Shown in pieces: positions 61,777-64,000 of a stretch of DNA of 64,000 nt (positions within the stretch are counted from its first letter, which is position 1; every line of letters begins with the position of its first letter). The position numbers and the translations under genes are program-made. Source of the DNA: Intrasporangium sp. (GTDB taxonomy: Bacteria; Actinomycetota; Actinomycetes; Actinomycetales; Dermatophilaceae); assembly GCF_032907665.1 (NCBI RefSeq), contig NZ_JAJJPG010000002.1:5320-69319 (forward strand), read 5' to 3'. The notes beneath the pieces are model-generated. The model worked only from the letters and a program-made list of their open reading frames with translations, made no database searches and had not been told where the DNA came from.

Positions 61777-63285
61777 ATGGACTACGTCGTCGCGATCGAC
61801 CAGGGCACCACGAGCACGCGCGCGATCGTGTTCGACCGGTCAGGGAGCATCGTCGCGATGGACCAGCGCGAGCACCGCCAGATCTTCCCCCGGTCCGGCT
61901 GGGTGGAGCACGACCCGCTCGAGGTCTGGGAGAACGTCCGGGCGGTCGTCGGCGGCGCGCTCGGCAAGGCGAACCTCGATGCCCAGCGCATCGTCGCCGT
62001 GGGCCTCACGAACCAGCGCGAGACGACCCTCGTGTGGGACCGCACCACCGGCAAGCCGGTCCACAACGCCATCGTCTGGCAGGACACCCGCACCCAGGCG
62101 ATCTGCGACGAGCTCGCCGGCGACGTCGGTCCCGACCGGTTCACGGAGCAGACCGGACTCCCGCTCGCGACCTACTTCGCCGGCCCGAAGATCCGCTGGA
62201 TCCTCGACCACGTCGAAGGGGCTCGTGGGCGGGCAGAGCGGGGCGAGCTGCTGGCCGGGACGATGGACACATGGATCCTGTGGAACCTCACCGGCGGCCC
62301 CGACGGCGGCGTCCACGTCACCGACGTCACGAACGCCTCGCGCACCCTGCTCATGGACCTGCGCACGCTCGAGTGGGACGCGCAGATCGCGGCCGAGATG
62401 GGCGTCCCGACGGTCCTGCTCCCCGAGATCCGCTCGTCCTCGGAGGTCTACGGCTCGTGCCAGCCGGGCATTCTCCTCGACGTGCCTGCGGCCGGCATCC
62501 TCGGCGACCAGCAGGCGGCCACCTTCGGGCAGGCCTGCCTCGAGCCGGGCACCGCCAAGAACACCTACGGCACGGGCAACTTCATGCTCCTCAACACCGG
62601 CGAGGAGATCGTCCCGTCACGACACGGGCTCATCACCACGGTCTGCTACCGGCTCGGTGATGCGGCACCGGTCTACGCACTCGAGGGGTCCATCGCAGTG
62701 ACGGGGTCTCTCGTCCAGTGGCTGCGCGACAACCTCGGCCTCATCCGGTCGGCCGACGAGATCGAGCAGCTCGCTGCCACCGTCGAGGACAACGGCGGGG
62801 CCTACTTCGTGCCGGCCTTCTCGGGACTCTTCGCGCCGCACTGGCGTCCCGACGCCCGTGGGGCGCTGGTTGGCCTCACCCGCTACGTGAACAAGGGGCA
62901 CATCGCGCGAGCAGCCCTGGAAGCCACGGCCTTCCAGACGCGAGAGGTGCTCGATGCGATGAACGCCGACAGCGGGGTCCCGCTCACCGAGCTGCGGGTC
63001 GACGGCGGAATGGTCGTCAACGACACGCTCATGCAGTTCCAGGCCGACCTCCTCGGCGTGGACGTCGTTCGTCCGAGGGTGGCCGAGACCACCGCGCTCG
63101 GGGCGGCGTATGCCGCTGGGCTGGCCGTCGGGTACTGGTCGGGTCCCAGCGACGTGACGGACAACTGGGGGGAGGACCGGCGCTGGTCGCCATCGATGGA
63201 CCCGACCGAGCGCGAGCGCCTCTACCGCAACTGGAAGAAGGCGGTGCAGCGCACCCTCGACTGGGTCGACGACGACACGCCCTAG
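61777..63285 (+). CDS. glpK: Glycerol kinase
   Basis: [44 protein letters not shown]. Confidence 0.95.
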   Translation: MDYVVAIDQGTTSTRAIVFDRSGSIVAMDQREHRQIFPRSGWVEHDPLEVWENVRAVVGGALGKANLDAQRIVAVGLTNQRETTLVWDRTTGKPVHNAIVWQDTRTQAICDELAGDVGPDRFTEQTGLPLATYFAGPKIRWILDHVEGARGRAERGELLAGTMDTWILWNLTGGPDGGVHVTDVTNASRTLLMDLRTLEWDAQIAAEMGVPTVLLPEIRSSSEVYGSCQPGILLDVPAAGILGDQQAATFGQACLEPGTAKNTYGTGNFMLLNTGEEIVPSRHGLITTVCYRLGDAAPVYALEGSIAVTGSLVQWLRDNLGLIRSADEIEQLAATVEDNGGAYFVPAFSGLFAPHWRPDARGALVGLTRYVNKGHIARAALEATAFQTREVLDAMNADSGVPLTELRVDGGMVVNDTLMQFQADLLGVDVVRPRVAETTALGAAYAAGLAVGYWSGPSDVTDNWGEDRRWSPSMDPTERERLYRNWKKAVQRTLDWVDDDTP

Positions 63286-63857
63286 CTCTCGAGATGCAGC
63301 ACGACCTTGCGCAGGAGTGAGTTGAGCTGCACGAGCTCCTTGTGCGTCAGTGGTGACAGCGCGTCCTCCTCGATGCTCATACCGAGTCTTAGCCCCTTGT
63401 CCCACAAGGCTCGTCCCGATGAGGTCGGACGAACGAGAATGCGTCGACGGTCGAGGGGGTCGACCTCCCGCGTGACATGTCCCCGCTCGACGAGGCGGTC
63501 GAGCCGCGAGGTCATCGCGGCCCGGGTGACTCCGCAGGCATCGGCGAGCTGTGCTGGCGTCGCCTCCTCGGGATAGGGCTGCACGAGGAGTGCGTGGAGG
63601 GTGTAGTAGTCCTCGATCGTCTCGTCCGTGCCGGCGTAGCTCGCATGTTTGCGCGCCCTGACGCGCTTGGTGATCGCCTGCATCCGGGTGATCGCTCCCT
63701 CGACCTCGGGGTCCATCCCGTCGATGAGCCCCGTCCAACGCGCGACATGGCGGTCCACCGAGTCCTTCGGTGTCCTGCGGTCGAGGCGAGGCCTGGTCGG
63801 AGTCCGGGTCTTCGCGTCACTGGTCCGGGTCTTCGCGTGACTGGTGGGGGGCGACAT
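63282..63857 (-). CDS. MarR family regulator
   Basis: TPAQLA...[23 protein letters not shown]. Confidence 0.88.
   Translation of the reverse strand: MSPPTSHAKTRTSDAKTRTPTRPRLDRRTPKDSVDRHVARWTGLIDGMDPEVEGAITRMQAITKRVRARKHASYAGTDETIEDYYTLHALLVQPYPEEATPAQLADACGVTRAAMTSRLDRLVERGHVTREVDPLDRRRILVRPTSSGRALWDKGLRLGMSIEEDALSPLTHKELVQLNSLLRKVVLHLES
63802..63843. repeat. 21-bp tandem duplication in the MarR N-terminus
   Basis: GTCCGGGTCTTCGCGTCACTG / GTCCGGGTCTTCGCGTGACTG. Confidence 0.85.
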
Positions 63858-63917
63858 GGATCCATCCTCCCAGACCGGACAGGTGTCTGACTGTTCGACG
63901 AGGCGTTTATCAGATGA

Positions 63918-63946
63918 CAGATAGTTAGACGTCTGACTAATATCTG
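63918..63946. promoter_or_regulatory. Candidate MarR operator with a leaderless -10
   Basis: CAGATA-GTTAGACGTCTGACTAA-TATCTG nested dyad; TAATAT at 63938-63943, ATG at 63951. Confidence 0.65.
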
Positions 63947-63950
63947 GGCG

Positions 63951-64000
63951 ATGACCTCCACATCCGTGCTCCAGCTGCGCGACTTCCGGTTGCTCCTCGT
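63951..64000 (+). CDS. Start of a probable MFS transporter (truncated by the window)
   Basis: MTSTSVLQLRDFRLLL resembles the L..RDFRLL start of DHA3-type MFS proteins; divergent from MarR. Confidence 0.45.
   Translation, partial: MTSTSVLQLRDFRLLL

Overview
A high-GC actinobacterial chromosome segment (Micrococcales-like is an inference) with about 53 tightly packed genes. No rRNA, tRNA, CRISPR array, integrase or IS transposase was recognised. Contents in order: two convergent DrrAB-type ABC exporters with a TetR; endonuclease IV; an Opp/Dpp peptide ABC operon; a 14-TMS MFS pump and a DUF4395 protein; an 11.6-kb single-strand catabolic operon (second Opp-type importer, DJ-1/isonitrile-hydratase-like protein, amidase, PTER-like phosphotriesterase homologue, TetR, amidohydrolase, acyl-CoA ligase); rocD; an orphan ATP-grasp protein; PfpI; a DAGK/PAP2 lipid module; DUF3516 helicase and CinA; Lhr and Nei separated by an 8.3-kb block (Fn3 surface protein, CoA-transferase-like/GNAT fusion, cNMP protein, translocase-HEAT protein, MFS-cNMP); a DUF294/exonuclease pair; a glpD-MBL-copper monooxygenase-PfkB run; a DUF222-HNH element; glpK; MarR. 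The strongest unexplained signal is non-coding: a non-palindromic 16-bp motif, GCYCAGCGGCATACGG. Its 13-bp core occurs exactly 10 times and its 11-bp core 12 times. It lies on both strands equally, in intergenic DNA and inside genes in several reading frames, where it uses rare codons. This pattern resembles a DNA-uptake sequence or a genome-wide protein-binding site. A second repeat, an ~85-bp hairpin, occurs twice. All counts were made by eye.
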